Of a DNA stretch of 64,000 bases, positions 1 to 8,884 are shown piece after piece (within the stretch, counting starts at the first letter, position 1; the number at the start of each line of letters is the position of its first letter). The stretch comes from Sedimentisphaerales bacterium (lineage in GTDB: Bacteria > Planctomycetota > Phycisphaerae > Sedimentisphaerales > SM23-30), in the NCBI GenBank assembly GCA_963663805.2, contig CAXXMR010000012.1, positions 224,001 to 288,000 of the forward strand, in the 5' to 3' direction. A program made the translations under genes and the position numbers. The notes beneath the pieces were generated by a model. The model ran no database searches. It was not told where the DNA came from and saw nothing but the letters and a program-made list of their open reading frames with translations.

Positions 1-1
1 T

Positions 2-1363
2 ATCGAAAATAATCAGGGGCTCGCCCTAGCGGTCTCCGGCGGTATCGACAGTATGGTACTCATGGCTGTCCTATCAACAATGAGACCGGTCGGTCTGTTA
101 GTGGCCGTGCATGTCAACCACATGCTCAGAGGCGATAACAGTAGCGCAGATGCCGATTTTGTGCAGGCCCAATGCGAAAAACTGGGCATCCCCGCTATTA
201 TCGAGAAAATAGATGTCGCCCAATATGCTCAAAAAAACAGTATCTCAATCGAGCAGGCAGGACGTGACCTTAGATATAACATCCTGGAAAATAAAACCTT
301 AGATAAAAGATTCACCACCGTGGCCCTGGGCCACCACGCCGACGACAATGTCGAAACCGTTCTGCATCGAATCCTTCGCGGTACCGGCATCCGTGGCTTG
401 GCCGGTATCCCCCTCAAACGTTCCCAGGGCCGAGTCCAACTCATCCGTCCCTTGCTCTGCGTAACCCGCGCCGAGATCGAGCAGTTTGCCCATGATTGTG
501 AAATCCCCTGGCGGGAGGACCAGAGTAATTCTTCACGTTGTTATACCCGTAACAAAATCCGCCATGATTTGCTGCCCCTGCTCAGAGACATGTTCAATCC
601 CCAGGTCGAACAAGCCCTGTCACGGCTGGCCCTATCAGCCTCGCAAACCCAGGATTTTCTCGAAAATCACCTCGATAACTCACTGTCAGAAATAATCTTA
701 GGCCAGACCGATGATTCCCTGACTCTCGATAGTGACGCTTTGGCCTGCCGTTCAACGCTGGAACAAGCCGAAATCTTTCGGCTCGCTTTGCTTGAACTGG
801 GCGTGCCTCTGACCGGAATCGGCAGAAAACAAATAGACGCTCTGGCTCAACTCCTTCAGGAAGAAGGCACGGTTTCTTTGCCGGGCCTTTGGCAGGCCGT
901 CCGCGAAAATAACCGACTTACCATCCAGCCGCCGGAGAATAACGACTATCTCGAAATTATCGAAGAACTCCATTTGACCATCCCCAGCCGTACAACTTTA
1001 TCCCACTCATATCTGCCCGGTGGTGAAATCAGCGTTGATAAGCAAAATCGTGATGATATCGACTTTGAAGAATTTCTGCGGGCCAAAGATAAGTATCAGG
1101 AGATTATCGATGCCGATAAAGTCCTTGGTAAACTCAGGTTACGCAACAGACGCGACAACGATCGTTTCAGCCCGCTGGGTATCAAGGGGACCAAAACCCT
1201 CGGCGACTTCTTTACCGACCTCAAATTACCCCTGAATCAACGCAGCCGAATCCCCCTCCTTTGCGACGACAGGGGCATCATCTGGGTCGCGGGACTGAGA
1301 ATCGCCCATCGTGTAAAAGTCGATAACCAGACCAAAACCCTCCTCCGCCTGGAAATTAAATAG
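2..1363 (+). CDS. tilS: tRNA(Ile)-lysidine synthetase (5' end outside window)
   Basis: The frame is open from base 2 and gives ALAVSGGIDSM (PP-loop), HVNHMLRG, GHHADDNVET, RPLL, EDQSN and RNKIRH, plus the C-terminal TilS domain (R..DRF.P.G..GTK.L.DFF). Confidence 0.95.
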   Translation: MENNQGLALAVSGGIDSMVLMAVLSTMRPVGLLVAVHVNHMLRGDNSSADADFVQAQCEKLGIPAIIEKIDVAQYAQKNSISIEQAGRDLRYNILENKTLDKRFTTVALGHHADDNVETVLHRILRGTGIRGLAGIPLKRSQGRVQLIRPLLCVTRAEIEQFAHDCEIPWREDQSNSSRCYTRNKIRHDLLPLLRDMFNPQVEQALSRLALSASQTQDFLENHLDNSLSEIILGQTDDSLTLDSDALACRSTLEQAEIFRLALLELGVPLTGIGRKQIDALAQLLQEEGTVSLPGLWQAVRENNRLTIQPPENNDYLEIIEELHLTIPSRTTLSHSYLPGGEISVDKQNRDDIDFEEFLRAKDKYQEIIDADKVLGKLRLRNRRDNDRFSPLGIKGTKTLGDFFTDLKLPLNQRSRIPLLCDDRGIIWVAGLRIAHRVKVDNQTKTLLRLEIK

Positions 1364-3236
1364 TTTCCGACTCAATCTTGCCCAGTACCGCCAGAGGTAT
1401 CTTTATGTTACCAAACGGAGCGCTTACCGCAAATCCCGCCACCCGTGACGAAATAGCCTCTATCATCTCCTGAGCAATAGCTATTCCTTCCTTGCGGGCT
1501 TCCTCACGCGTCTTACAGCCCTCCATACGCTTGAGCAGACTATCGGGCACGACCACCCCCGGCACCTCATGGGCCATAAATTCAGCGTTTTTGAAGCTGG
1601 TGAAGGGCCAGATGCCCGCAATAAACGGAATCTCGCTGTCTTTGGTGGCGTCCATGAACTGTATCAGCATTTCCGCATCGAATACCGGCTGAGTGATAGC
1701 ATATTCGGCGCCCGCCTGAACTTTCAGACGGAACCGGTCGATTTCCCGCTCCATATCCGCCGCCACCGGATTAGCGCCCACCCCCAGAGTAAGTGCCAAC
1801 GGCTCAGAAAGCGCGTTACCAGCGAGATCCAACCCGTGGTTCAGGTTGCGGGCCAAAGCGGTCAAACCGATGGATTCAATATCAAAAACCCCCGTCGCGT
1901 CGGGATACTCACCAGTCTTGGGCGGGTCACCGGTTATCAATAGTACATTACGCAAACCCAGCGTGTAAGCGCCTAAAAGGTCCGACTGAATACCCAAAAT
2001 ATTACGGTCCCGACAGCAAACATGAATCATCGGTTCGATGTCGGTTTCCAGTTTGATCTTTATAGCTGTTACCAAAGGTGAAAGTCGCGAGCTGGCGCGG
2101 GGGCCGTCGGGAATATTGATAGCGTCGATACCATGTTCGGCACAGAGGCGGGCTTTTTCCAGGATGCCGGTTAAGTCTGTGGAACGCGGGGGGGTAATCT
2201 CGATAGTTGTAAGTTTCTCGCCAGCAACGAGTTTGCGGCCCCAGTTGGAACGCTGGGCCAGTGGTATCGCTTCTACGGGTTCTGAGGCGGTCTGGTCGGT
2301 TTTGTTGACTGTTATGCGCGGAGCTGCTTTAAGGGTGGCGCGGTCGAGGGCACGGACGGCTTTGACCATTTGTTTGATGTGCGCTGGAGTTGTCCCGCAG
2401 CATCCGCCTATGACTCGTACCCCTTTTTCGAGGAATCTTTTGGCGTATTCGGCCATGTATTCGGGGGTACACATGTAAATTTTGCGTCCCTCGATCTGGC
2501 GGGGCATGCCGGCGTTGGGCTGTAATGATATGGGTTTGTTCGTCGCGGAACGTACTTGTTCGAGGCTGGAGAGCATCAGGGCGGGGCCGGTGGCACAGTT
2601 TAATCCGACTACGCTTACGGCTTTGTGTTCTGACAGTGGTCTGATCGCATCGACCAAGGCTGTGCCGTAGGCGGTTTCGTGGAATTCATTGGTGGTAATT
2701 TGGGCGATGACCGCGATTGGTGCGATTTTCTGAGCGGCTTCTACGGCGATGATGAGTTCTTGAGGATTAGTGAAAGTTTCGAAGAGCAGAAAATCTACTC
2801 CGGCGTTAATTAAGGTTTCGGTTTGTTCACTGAAAACTTCGGCGGCCTGCTCGGCGGTGGTTTTTCCGAAGGGGGCAACGTCAACTCCGAGGGGGCCGAC
2901 GGCACCGGCGATTAGTGTTTGGGAGTCGGCGACGGCGCGACGGGCGATTTCGACGGCGGCCTGGTTGATCTGTTTGACCTGGTCGGCCAGACCATAGCGG
3001 GTGAGCTTGAGGCGGTTGGCGCCGAAAGTGTTGGTTTCGATAAAATCTGAGCCGGCTTCGATGTATTCTTTGTGAATCTGTTCTATCAGTTGGGGGCGGC
3101 TAAGGTTGAGTTCATCGAAACAGGCGTTCAGGAATACGCCCTGCTGATAAATCATGGTCCCCATGGCGCCGTCGCCGAGCAGTACGGTTTTATTCAGACG
3201 TTCGTTGAGTTGTTCTGTGTTGAGCATAGTCGGCAA
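1356..3236 (-). CDS. Bifunctional homocysteine S-methyltransferase / methylenetetrahydrofolate reductase (YitJ-like)
   Basis: N-terminal half has DGAMGT, ETNTFGAN, GLNC, PNAG.P and GGCCGTTP (Hcy-binding domain). C-terminal MTHFR half has EITPP, HVCCRDRN, ITGDPP and ITQPVFD. Confidence 0.92.
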   Translation of the reverse strand: MPTMLNTEQLNERLNKTVLLGDGAMGTMIYQQGVFLNACFDELNLSRPQLIEQIHKEYIEAGSDFIETNTFGANRLKLTRYGLADQVKQINQAAVEIARRAVADSQTLIAGAVGPLGVDVAPFGKTTAEQAAEVFSEQTETLINAGVDFLLFETFTNPQELIIAVEAAQKIAPIAVIAQITTNEFHETAYGTALVDAIRPLSEHKAVSVVGLNCATGPALMLSSLEQVRSATNKPISLQPNAGMPRQIEGRKIYMCTPEYMAEYAKRFLEKGVRVIGGCCGTTPAHIKQMVKAVRALDRATLKAAPRITVNKTDQTASEPVEAIPLAQRSNWGRKLVAGEKLTTIEITPPRSTDLTGILEKARLCAEHGIDAINIPDGPRASSRLSPLVTAIKIKLETDIEPMIHVCCRDRNILGIQSDLLGAYTLGLRNVLLITGDPPKTGEYPDATGVFDIESIGLTALARNLNHGLDLAGNALSEPLALTLGVGANPVAADMEREIDRFRLKVQAGAEYAITQPVFDAEMLIQFMDATKDSEIPFIAGIWPFTSFKNAEFMAHEVPGVVVPDSLLKRMEGCKTREEARKEGIAIAQEMIEAISSRVAGFAVSAPFGNIKIPLAVLGKIESETI

Positions 3237-3248
3237 TATGTCCCTTCT

Positions 3249-4529
3249 TTATTTTTTGAGGGCACTGCGTAGGTTTTTGGAGATACGAACCGAGCACCAG
3301 TCTTTTCCACACATGGTGCAATGGTCGGTGTCAGGCAGTTTCTTTTCGTTGTGCATTGCCGTGGCGGTTTCGGTGTCCATGGCTAATTCGAGGTGTTCGC
3401 GCCAATTAAGGTCGGCGCGGGCTTTGCTGAGTTTGTCGTCCCAGTCGCGGGCATGGGGCTTTTTGAGGGCGATGTCGGCGGCGTGGGCGGCGATTTTGTA
3501 GGCTATAACGCCCTGCTTGACGTCTTCGATGGTGGGCAGGCCGAGATGTTCACGCGGGGTGACATAGCAGAGGAAGGCTGCTCCGTGGAAGGCTGCCGCG
3601 GTGGCACCGATACTGGAGGTGATATGATCGTAGCCGGGCGCGACATCGGTTACGAGCGGGCCGAGTACGTAGAATGGGGCTCCGTCGCAGATTTCCTGCT
3701 GAAGTTTCATATTGTGTTCGATCTGGTCGAACGGTACGTGGCCTGGTCCTTCGACCATTACCTGACAGCCTTTTTCCCAGGCGCGGCGGGTGAGGTCGCC
3801 GAGGGTGCGGAGTTCGGCGATCTGGGCATCGTCGGTGGCGTCGGCGAGGCAGCCGGGGCGGAGTCCGTCGCCTAGCGAGAAGCAGACATCGTATTCACGC
3901 ATAATGTCGCAAAGGTCGTCGAAAATTTCGTAGAACGGGTTCTGTTTGTTATGGTGGAGCATCCACTGGGCGATGAGTGAGCCGCCGCGACTGACGATGC
4001 CAGCGAGGCGTTTTTCGACCAGCGGCAGATGCTCGCGCAGCAGGCCGGCGTGGATGGTGAAAAAATCGACTCCCTGGGCGGCTTGTTTGCGGCAGGTCTC
4101 CAGAATGCAGTCGTAGTCGAGCTGTTCGATGGGGCGGTCAATAATCATTTCGTACATGGGGACAGTACCCAGCGGTACGGGGCAATGGGCCAGCAGATTG
4201 ACACGACAGTTATCGACGCTGCCGCCGGTGGATAAGTCCATGATGGCGTCGGCACCATATTTGAGGGCCATTTCCATCTTGCAGAGTTCGTTTACGTCGT
4301 CACTGTCCAGCGGCGAGGCGCCGATGTTGGCGTTGATTTTGGTGGTGACGGCGTGGCCTATTGCCAAGGGTTTCAGTGTGGATTGGAGGTGGATTCTGTT
4401 GGCAGGGATGACTAGTCGGCCAGCGGCGAGCTCGGTGCGGATAAGCTCCGGTTCGAGGCCTTCGCGATTGGCGGCGGCGGTCATCTGGTCGCTGATAATG
4501 CCCTTGCGGGCTTGTTCAAGCTGAGTCAT
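3249..4529 (-). CDS. thiC: Phosphomethylpyrimidine synthase (short ThiC)
   Basis: KINANIG, MDLSTGG, GTVP.Y, SRGGS, LGDGLRPG, EGPGHVP, PGYDH, YVTP.EHLGLP and C-terminal CTMCG..C. ATG at 4529 is preferred over 4565. Confidence 0.92.
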   Translation of the reverse strand: MTQLEQARKGIISDQMTAAANREGLEPELIRTELAAGRLVIPANRIHLQSTLKPLAIGHAVTTKINANIGASPLDSDDVNELCKMEMALKYGADAIMDLSTGGSVDNCRVNLLAHCPVPLGTVPMYEMIIDRPIEQLDYDCILETCRKQAAQGVDFFTIHAGLLREHLPLVEKRLAGIVSRGGSLIAQWMLHHNKQNPFYEIFDDLCDIMREYDVCFSLGDGLRPGCLADATDDAQIAELRTLGDLTRRAWEKGCQVMVEGPGHVPFDQIEHNMKLQQEICDGAPFYVLGPLVTDVAPGYDHITSSIGATAAAFHGAAFLCYVTPREHLGLPTIEDVKQGVIAYKIAAHAADIALKKPHARDWDDKLSKARADLNWREHLELAMDTETATAMHNEKKLPDTDHCTMCGKDWCSVRISKNLRSALKK

Positions 4530-4624
4530 GGAAGTTTTCCTGGTTTTGCAAACTTGCTGTGTCAAGCTATAAGTCTTTGTTAATAATCTACTTGTCGCTA
4601 CCGTCGTTTGTGCGGTAATTCTTT

Positions 4625-4653
4625 ATTATAGTGGCTGAGGTGGGGGCGGGCAA
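4625..4653 (-). promoter_or_regulatory. Sigma70-type promoter for thiC operon
   Basis: Minus strand reads TTGCCC-N17-TATAAT about 95 bp upstream of the thiC ATG. Confidence 0.6.
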
Positions 4654-4682
4654 GGAAAGAGAAATGCATTGTCTGATTTGGT

Positions 4683-4716
4683 AAAATAAAGGCCCGCGTC
4701 CATTTGGAAACGGGCC
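4683..4716 (-). terminator. Intrinsic terminator of the sugar isomerase operon
   Basis: Hairpin GGCCCG..TCC/GGA..CGGGCC followed on the minus strand by TTTATTTT, just after the stop at 4742. Confidence 0.6.
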
Positions 4717-4741
4717 AGTTGGGTTTGCTGTGAAAAAAAGT

Positions 4742-5734
4742 TCAGGAGTCGAATGCTTTGTCGAAGATTGTGTTTGATGGTTTGAAGTCTACAGATTTGG
4801 TGAATGCGCAGGCTTCTTCGGCTCCGTGTTCGCGGTCCATGCCACAGTCTTCCCATTCGACTGACAGGGGGCCGTCGTAGCTGATGCGGTTTAGGACGCG
4901 GATGATTTCTTCGAAATCTACTCCGCCGTGGCCTAATGAGCGGAAGTCCCAGCCGCGGTCGGGTTGGCCGAAGTTGAGGTGTGAGGCGAGGATGCCGGTG
5001 CGGCCGTTCAATTGCAGAGCAGCGTCTTTCATGTGTACGTGATATATTCGGTCGGGAAATTCGTTGATGAAGCATACGGGGTCGACCATTTGCCAGTGCA
5101 GGTGGGAGGGGTCGAAGTTGAAGCCGAAGGCGGGTCGGTTACCGACGGCCTGCAAAGCACGTTTGGCAGTAAAGATGTCGAAGGCGATTTCGGTGGGGTG
5201 AACCTCCAGAGCGAAACGTACGCCGCATTGGTCGAATACGTCCAGAATCGGGTTCCAGAGTTCGGCGAAGCGGGCGAAGCCGTTGTCTATCATTTCGTCG
5301 GTGACCGGCGGGAAACTGTAGAGCATGTGCCAGATGGGTGAGCCTGTAAAACCGTTGACAACTTTGAGGCCGAGGTTTTGGGCGGCGTGGGCGGATTGCT
5401 TCATGGTCTCGATGGCCCAGGTGCGTTTCTTTTCGGCGTTGCCGGCGCAGTCGGCTGGGGCGAACATGTCTGAGCGGGAATCGTCGTTGGGGTCGGCGAC
5501 CAGTTGGCCGGCGAGGTGATTGCTTATGGCGAAAAGCTGGAGGTTGTTTTTTTCGAGGATAGCGAGCTGCTTTTTGCAGTAGTTTTTATTGATGGCGGCT
5601 TGAGCGACATCCATGTGGTCACCCCAGCAGGCGAGTTCGAGTCCATCATAACCCCAGGCGGCGGCTTTTTCGGCGAGTGTTTCCAGGGACAGATCGGCCC
5701 ATTGGCCGGTGAATAGTGTTACGGGTCTTGACAT
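4742..5734 (-). CDS. Sugar phosphate isomerase/epimerase, xylose-isomerase-like TIM barrel (IolE/AP2 fold)
   Basis: TLFTGQWADL N-terminus, ALEVHP.EIAFD, NFDPSH, HVHMKD and SVEWED metal-ligand motifs. Confidence 0.85.
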   Translation of the reverse strand: MSRPVTLFTGQWADLSLETLAEKAAAWGYDGLELACWGDHMDVAQAAINKNYCKKQLAILEKNNLQLFAISNHLAGQLVADPNDDSRSDMFAPADCAGNAEKKRTWAIETMKQSAHAAQNLGLKVVNGFTGSPIWHMLYSFPPVTDEMIDNGFARFAELWNPILDVFDQCGVRFALEVHPTEIAFDIFTAKRALQAVGNRPAFGFNFDPSHLHWQMVDPVCFINEFPDRIYHVHMKDAALQLNGRTGILASHLNFGQPDRGWDFRSLGHGGVDFEEIIRVLNRISYDGPLSVEWEDCGMDREHGAEEACAFTKSVDFKPSNTIFDKAFDS

Positions 5735-5822
5735 GATATTATCCTTTCAAACGTATTAAATTCTAGCGTTTTAACGGCAGGCAAAAGGCAAGGTGCCTGC
5801 CTTGGGCAGGGTTTAATTTATT

Positions 5823-5849
5823 ATCCGGCCGCTTACGCGGCTCGGCTCT
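5823..5849. repeat. REP-like GC-rich hairpin, copy 1
   Basis: ATCCGGCCGCTTACGCGGCTCGG is 21/23 identical to 7266-7288. Confidence 0.55.
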
Positions 5850-5907
5850 TGTGTTTTGGTGATGCCTCTAGGGGGCTATTGTTGCTTTAATGCTCCGGAA
5901 TTAGCGT

Positions 5908-7080
5908 TTATTTGATATATTTTGTCCATTTTTGTTTTGATTTGCTGGATGCTACTACGGTTTCGATAAACTGCATACCTCTTAGTCCGTCATCCACTGT
6001 GGGGAAGTCGGCTGCGAGGGGGCTGGGCTTTTTGCCTTCGTCGTGGGAGCGGATGGTGTCGGCGAAGTTGGCGTAGAGGTTGGCCATGGCTTCGAGGAAT
6101 GCTTCGGGGTGGCCGGCGGGCAGGCGTGTAGCGTGGGCGGCGGCGGGACTTTTGGCGGCGATATAGTCATTGCCGCGACGCCATACTTCGACCGGGCCGC
6201 TGAGCGGACGGACGTAAAGATAGTTGGGATGTTCCTGATGCCATTCCAATGAGCGTTTCCGGCCGTAGACGCGGATTGCCAGGCCGTTTTCCTCACCGAT
6301 GGAAATCTGGCTGGCCATTAGTACGCCGCGGGCACCGTTATTGAAACGCAGCAGGCAACTGCCGTCGTCTTCCAGCCTTCTGCCTTTGACGAAAGTTGTG
6401 AGGTCGGCACAAACTTCGCGGATTTTCAGGCCGGTGATGTATTCGGAGAGATTTTCGGCGTGGGTGCCGATGTCGCCGATACAGCTGGAGATACCGGCTT
6501 GTTTGGGGTCGGTTCGCCAGGCGGCCTGCTGCTGGCCTTCGGCGTCGATGGGTTGGACGAGCCAGCCCTGGGGATACTCCACGACGATTCGCATGATCTC
6601 GCCGAGGTCGCCCTGGGCAACCATGTCGCGGGCGAGCTTTACCATTGGGTAGCCGGTGTAGTTGTGGTTCAGGCCGAAGACTTTTTTGGTTTTGCGAACG
6701 ATGGTTTTGAGCTCCTTGGCCTGGGCGAGGTCCATGGTCATGGGTTTTTCGCAATAGACGTGGAAGCCAGCTTCGAGGCAGGCTTTGGCGATGGGGAAGT
6801 GGGAGTTGTTGGGCGTGGTGATAGTGACAAAGTCTACCCGCTTATCCGCCGGGAGCGAGGTTTCGTTTTTGAGCATGTCTGCGACGGTATCGTAAACGCG
6901 GGATTTGTCCAGAAAGAGCTGCTGGCCCATCTGCTGAGATTTTTTGGGGTCGATGTCGAAACAGCCGGCAACCAGCTCGATCTGGCCGTCTATGCCAACG
7001 GCTTTGCGATGGACATCACCGATAAAGGCGCCGGGCCCGCCGCCTACCATTGCCATTCTGAGTTTTCGTTGTGGTGCCAT
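5908..7080 (-). CDS. Gfo/Idh/MocA family NAD(P)-dependent oxidoreductase
   Basis: KLRMAMVGGG.GAFIG.VH, TPN.SH, CEKP and GDIGTH motifs. Confidence 0.9.
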   Translation of the reverse strand: MAPQRKLRMAMVGGGPGAFIGDVHRKAVGIDGQIELVAGCFDIDPKKSQQMGQQLFLDKSRVYDTVADMLKNETSLPADKRVDFVTITTPNNSHFPIAKACLEAGFHVYCEKPMTMDLAQAKELKTIVRKTKKVFGLNHNYTGYPMVKLARDMVAQGDLGEIMRIVVEYPQGWLVQPIDAEGQQQAAWRTDPKQAGISSCIGDIGTHAENLSEYITGLKIREVCADLTTFVKGRRLEDDGSCLLRFNNGARGVLMASQISIGEENGLAIRVYGRKRSLEWHQEHPNYLYVRPLSGPVEVWRRGNDYIAAKSPAAAHATRLPAGHPEAFLEAMANLYANFADTIRSHDEGKKPSPLAADFPTVDDGLRGMQFIETVVASSKSKQKWTKYIK

Positions 7081-7201
7081 TTGAGATATATCTCCTTATT
7101 AAGTAGAATATTTCGTACTTGTAGGATAAGGCCGTTGACGCGGGCTGTAAATCAATATTTTGTGGACCTAAGTTTTGTCCGGGGAAACTAAGAAATAGCC
7201 G

Positions 7202-7243
7202 GTGCGTATAGCACTGATAGATCGCCGCGAGTGTTTGGGGGTA
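7202..7243 (+). repeat. 42-bp direct repeat, copy 1 (copy 2 at 8494-8535)
   Basis: GTGCGTATAGCACTGATAGATCGCCGCGAGTGTTTGGGGGTA vs GTGCGTATCGCACTGATAGATCGCCACGAGCGTTTGTGGGCA, 37/42 identical. Confidence 0.85.
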
Positions 7244-7265
7244 AAGGTAGGGTGAGGGTGGTCTC

Positions 7266-7288
7266 ATCCGTCCGCTCACGCGGCTCGG
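7266..7288. repeat. REP-like GC-rich hairpin, copy 2
   Basis: ATCCGTCCGCTCACGCGGCTCGG matches 5823-5845. Confidence 0.55.
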
Positions 7289-7313
7289 GTTCTGTTGGGG
7301 TGGGGCTTAAATC

Positions 7314-7342
7314 TTGACCGGGTATGGGAGGGCGTTTATACT
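7314..7342 (+). promoter_or_regulatory. Sigma70-type promoter for GT4 gene
   Basis: TTGACC-N17-TATACT. Confidence 0.65.
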
Positions 7343-7387
7343 TTCTGGGGTTGGATATGATTTCATTTAACTGGGTATTTGCCAGGG

Positions 7388-8509
7388 ATGGTTATGCGAA
7401 TTTGTCTATTGACGGGCACATTTTTTCCGAAGGTGGGTGGGGCTGAGATATGTGTGGACCAGTTGGCTCGTGCTTTTGTGGGGCTGGGGCATGATGTAGT
7501 TGTGGTTGCGCCGCGGGCTGAGGGGACGGTTGATGATGAGGGGTATGGTTATCCGGTGTATCGGTATCGGCCTTCGTGGTCGCAGAGAGGGTGGTATCTG
7601 GGTTTGCGGGGGCTGCTGACAAGGCTGCACCAGGAGCGAAAGTTTGATTTGCTGAACGCTCATATGGCTTATCCATCCGGTTATGTGGGGCTGAAGTGGT
7701 CGCGGAAATATAGGGTGCCGCTGGTGATTACGCCGCATGGGGGCGGGGTGTTTTATCGTTCGCGGTTTCGGGGTCGGCCTGTGATTTTTGGGCGGATATG
7801 CGAGAGTCTGGGCGGGGCTGAGGCGGTCATCGCTTTGAGCGGGTATTTGAGCGGGCTCATCGCGGAGCTGGCGCCGGGGCAGAAGAATATTGTGCATATC
7901 AATAACGGGGTGAATAACGCAGAATTTAATATCGCGGATAAGTCGCTGCCCGAACAGTATGGCTATCTGGGCGAGCGGCCTTATTTCATCGGGCTGGGCA
8001 GAATGGTGGGACGCAAGGGGTTCGATACGGCTTTGCGAGCTTTGGCGAAGGTGAAGAACGCGGCGGGTGAACTACAGTTGGTGCTGTTGGGGGACGGGAA
8101 TAAGAAGGCAGAGCTGGAAGGCCTGGCGGATGAGCTGGGGATTGGGGAGCGGGTGCATTTTCTGGGGACGGTTGTGGGCGCAGATAAGATTCGGCTGCTG
8201 CATAACTGTTTGTTTACGGTGGTGCCGTCGGTTGAGGAGGATAATATGCCGCTGGTGCTGCTGGAAGCGATGGCTTGCGGTAAGCCGGTGCTGGGCAGTG
8301 AGCTGGGCGGGATACCGGATGTGGTGCAGACCGACTATAACGGCTATCTGTGTGAGTCGGGAAATGCCGAAAGCTTCGCTGAGGGCGTTTTGCATATTAT
8401 GACGAATGCTGAAACGCTGGGAGTGAAAGCGCTGGCGACGGCACGGGAGATAGACTGGCAGAAGATCGCTGAGCAGTATATCGAGCTGTTTAAGTGCGTA
8501 TCGCACTGA
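7388..8509 (+). CDS. Glycosyltransferase family 4
   Basis: P..GGAE, LGRM...KGFD and E....VLLEAMACGKPV.....GGIPD (GT-B, E-x7-E). The start may be 7388 or 7394. Confidence 0.9.
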   Translation: MVMRICLLTGTFFPKVGGAEICVDQLARAFVGLGHDVVVVAPRAEGTVDDEGYGYPVYRYRPSWSQRGWYLGLRGLLTRLHQERKFDLLNAHMAYPSGYVGLKWSRKYRVPLVITPHGGGVFYRSRFRGRPVIFGRICESLGGAEAVIALSGYLSGLIAELAPGQKNIVHINNGVNNAEFNIADKSLPEQYGYLGERPYFIGLGRMVGRKGFDTALRALAKVKNAAGELQLVLLGDGNKKAELEGLADELGIGERVHFLGTVVGADKIRLLHNCLFTVVPSVEEDNMPLVLLEAMACGKPVLGSELGGIPDVVQTDYNGYLCESGNAESFAEGVLHIMTNAETLGVKALATAREIDWQKIAEQYIELFKCVSH

Positions 8510-8535
8510 TAGATCGCCACGAGCGTTTGTGGGCA
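8494..8535 (+). repeat. 42-bp direct repeat, copy 2 (overlaps GT4 stop codon)
   Basis: See 7202-7243. Contains the perfect hairpin GTGCG-TAT-CGCAC. Confidence 0.85.
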
Positions 8536-8820
8536 GCGACGTTCCCGTTGGTCACTTGCTCGGTTGGCAAGCACCTGCGGTGGGCAAATCGCAACAACAC
8601 CAATACCAGTCAACATCGCTCCGCCACCAACACCAGCAATAGTCCCACCAGCTGTCCCAAGAGATTCAGACACTTTCTCTTTACTTGATTTGGACATCTT
8701 ACCATATTTGGCAATACCGATTATTCTGTATTTTTTATATTATATAACTTGTAAACTACTGTTTTTAAAAAAGTTACATATAGAAATGCCCTATTTTTCA
8801 AAAAAACCTTCAAAGTCAGG

Positions 8821-8862
8821 TTGACTTGCCGGGGTTTTGTTGTATAATGAACATAGGTTCAT
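8821..8862 (+). promoter_or_regulatory. Sigma70 promoter with overlapping palindromic operator
   Basis: TTGACT-N16-TATAAT (8821-8848), with the palindrome ATGAAC-ATAG-GTTCAT (8847-8862) over the -10/start site. Confidence 0.7.
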
Positions 8863-8884
8863 AACTAAAGGAAAACCGCAGTTT

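Noticed and set aside
4530..4740. TPP riboswitch upstream of thiC
   Set aside because: The conserved CTGAGA and downstream motifs are not found on the minus strand.
7202..7243. Group II intron 5' end (GTGCG)
   Set aside because: No reverse transcriptase ORF or domain V/VI-like 3' end is seen nearby.
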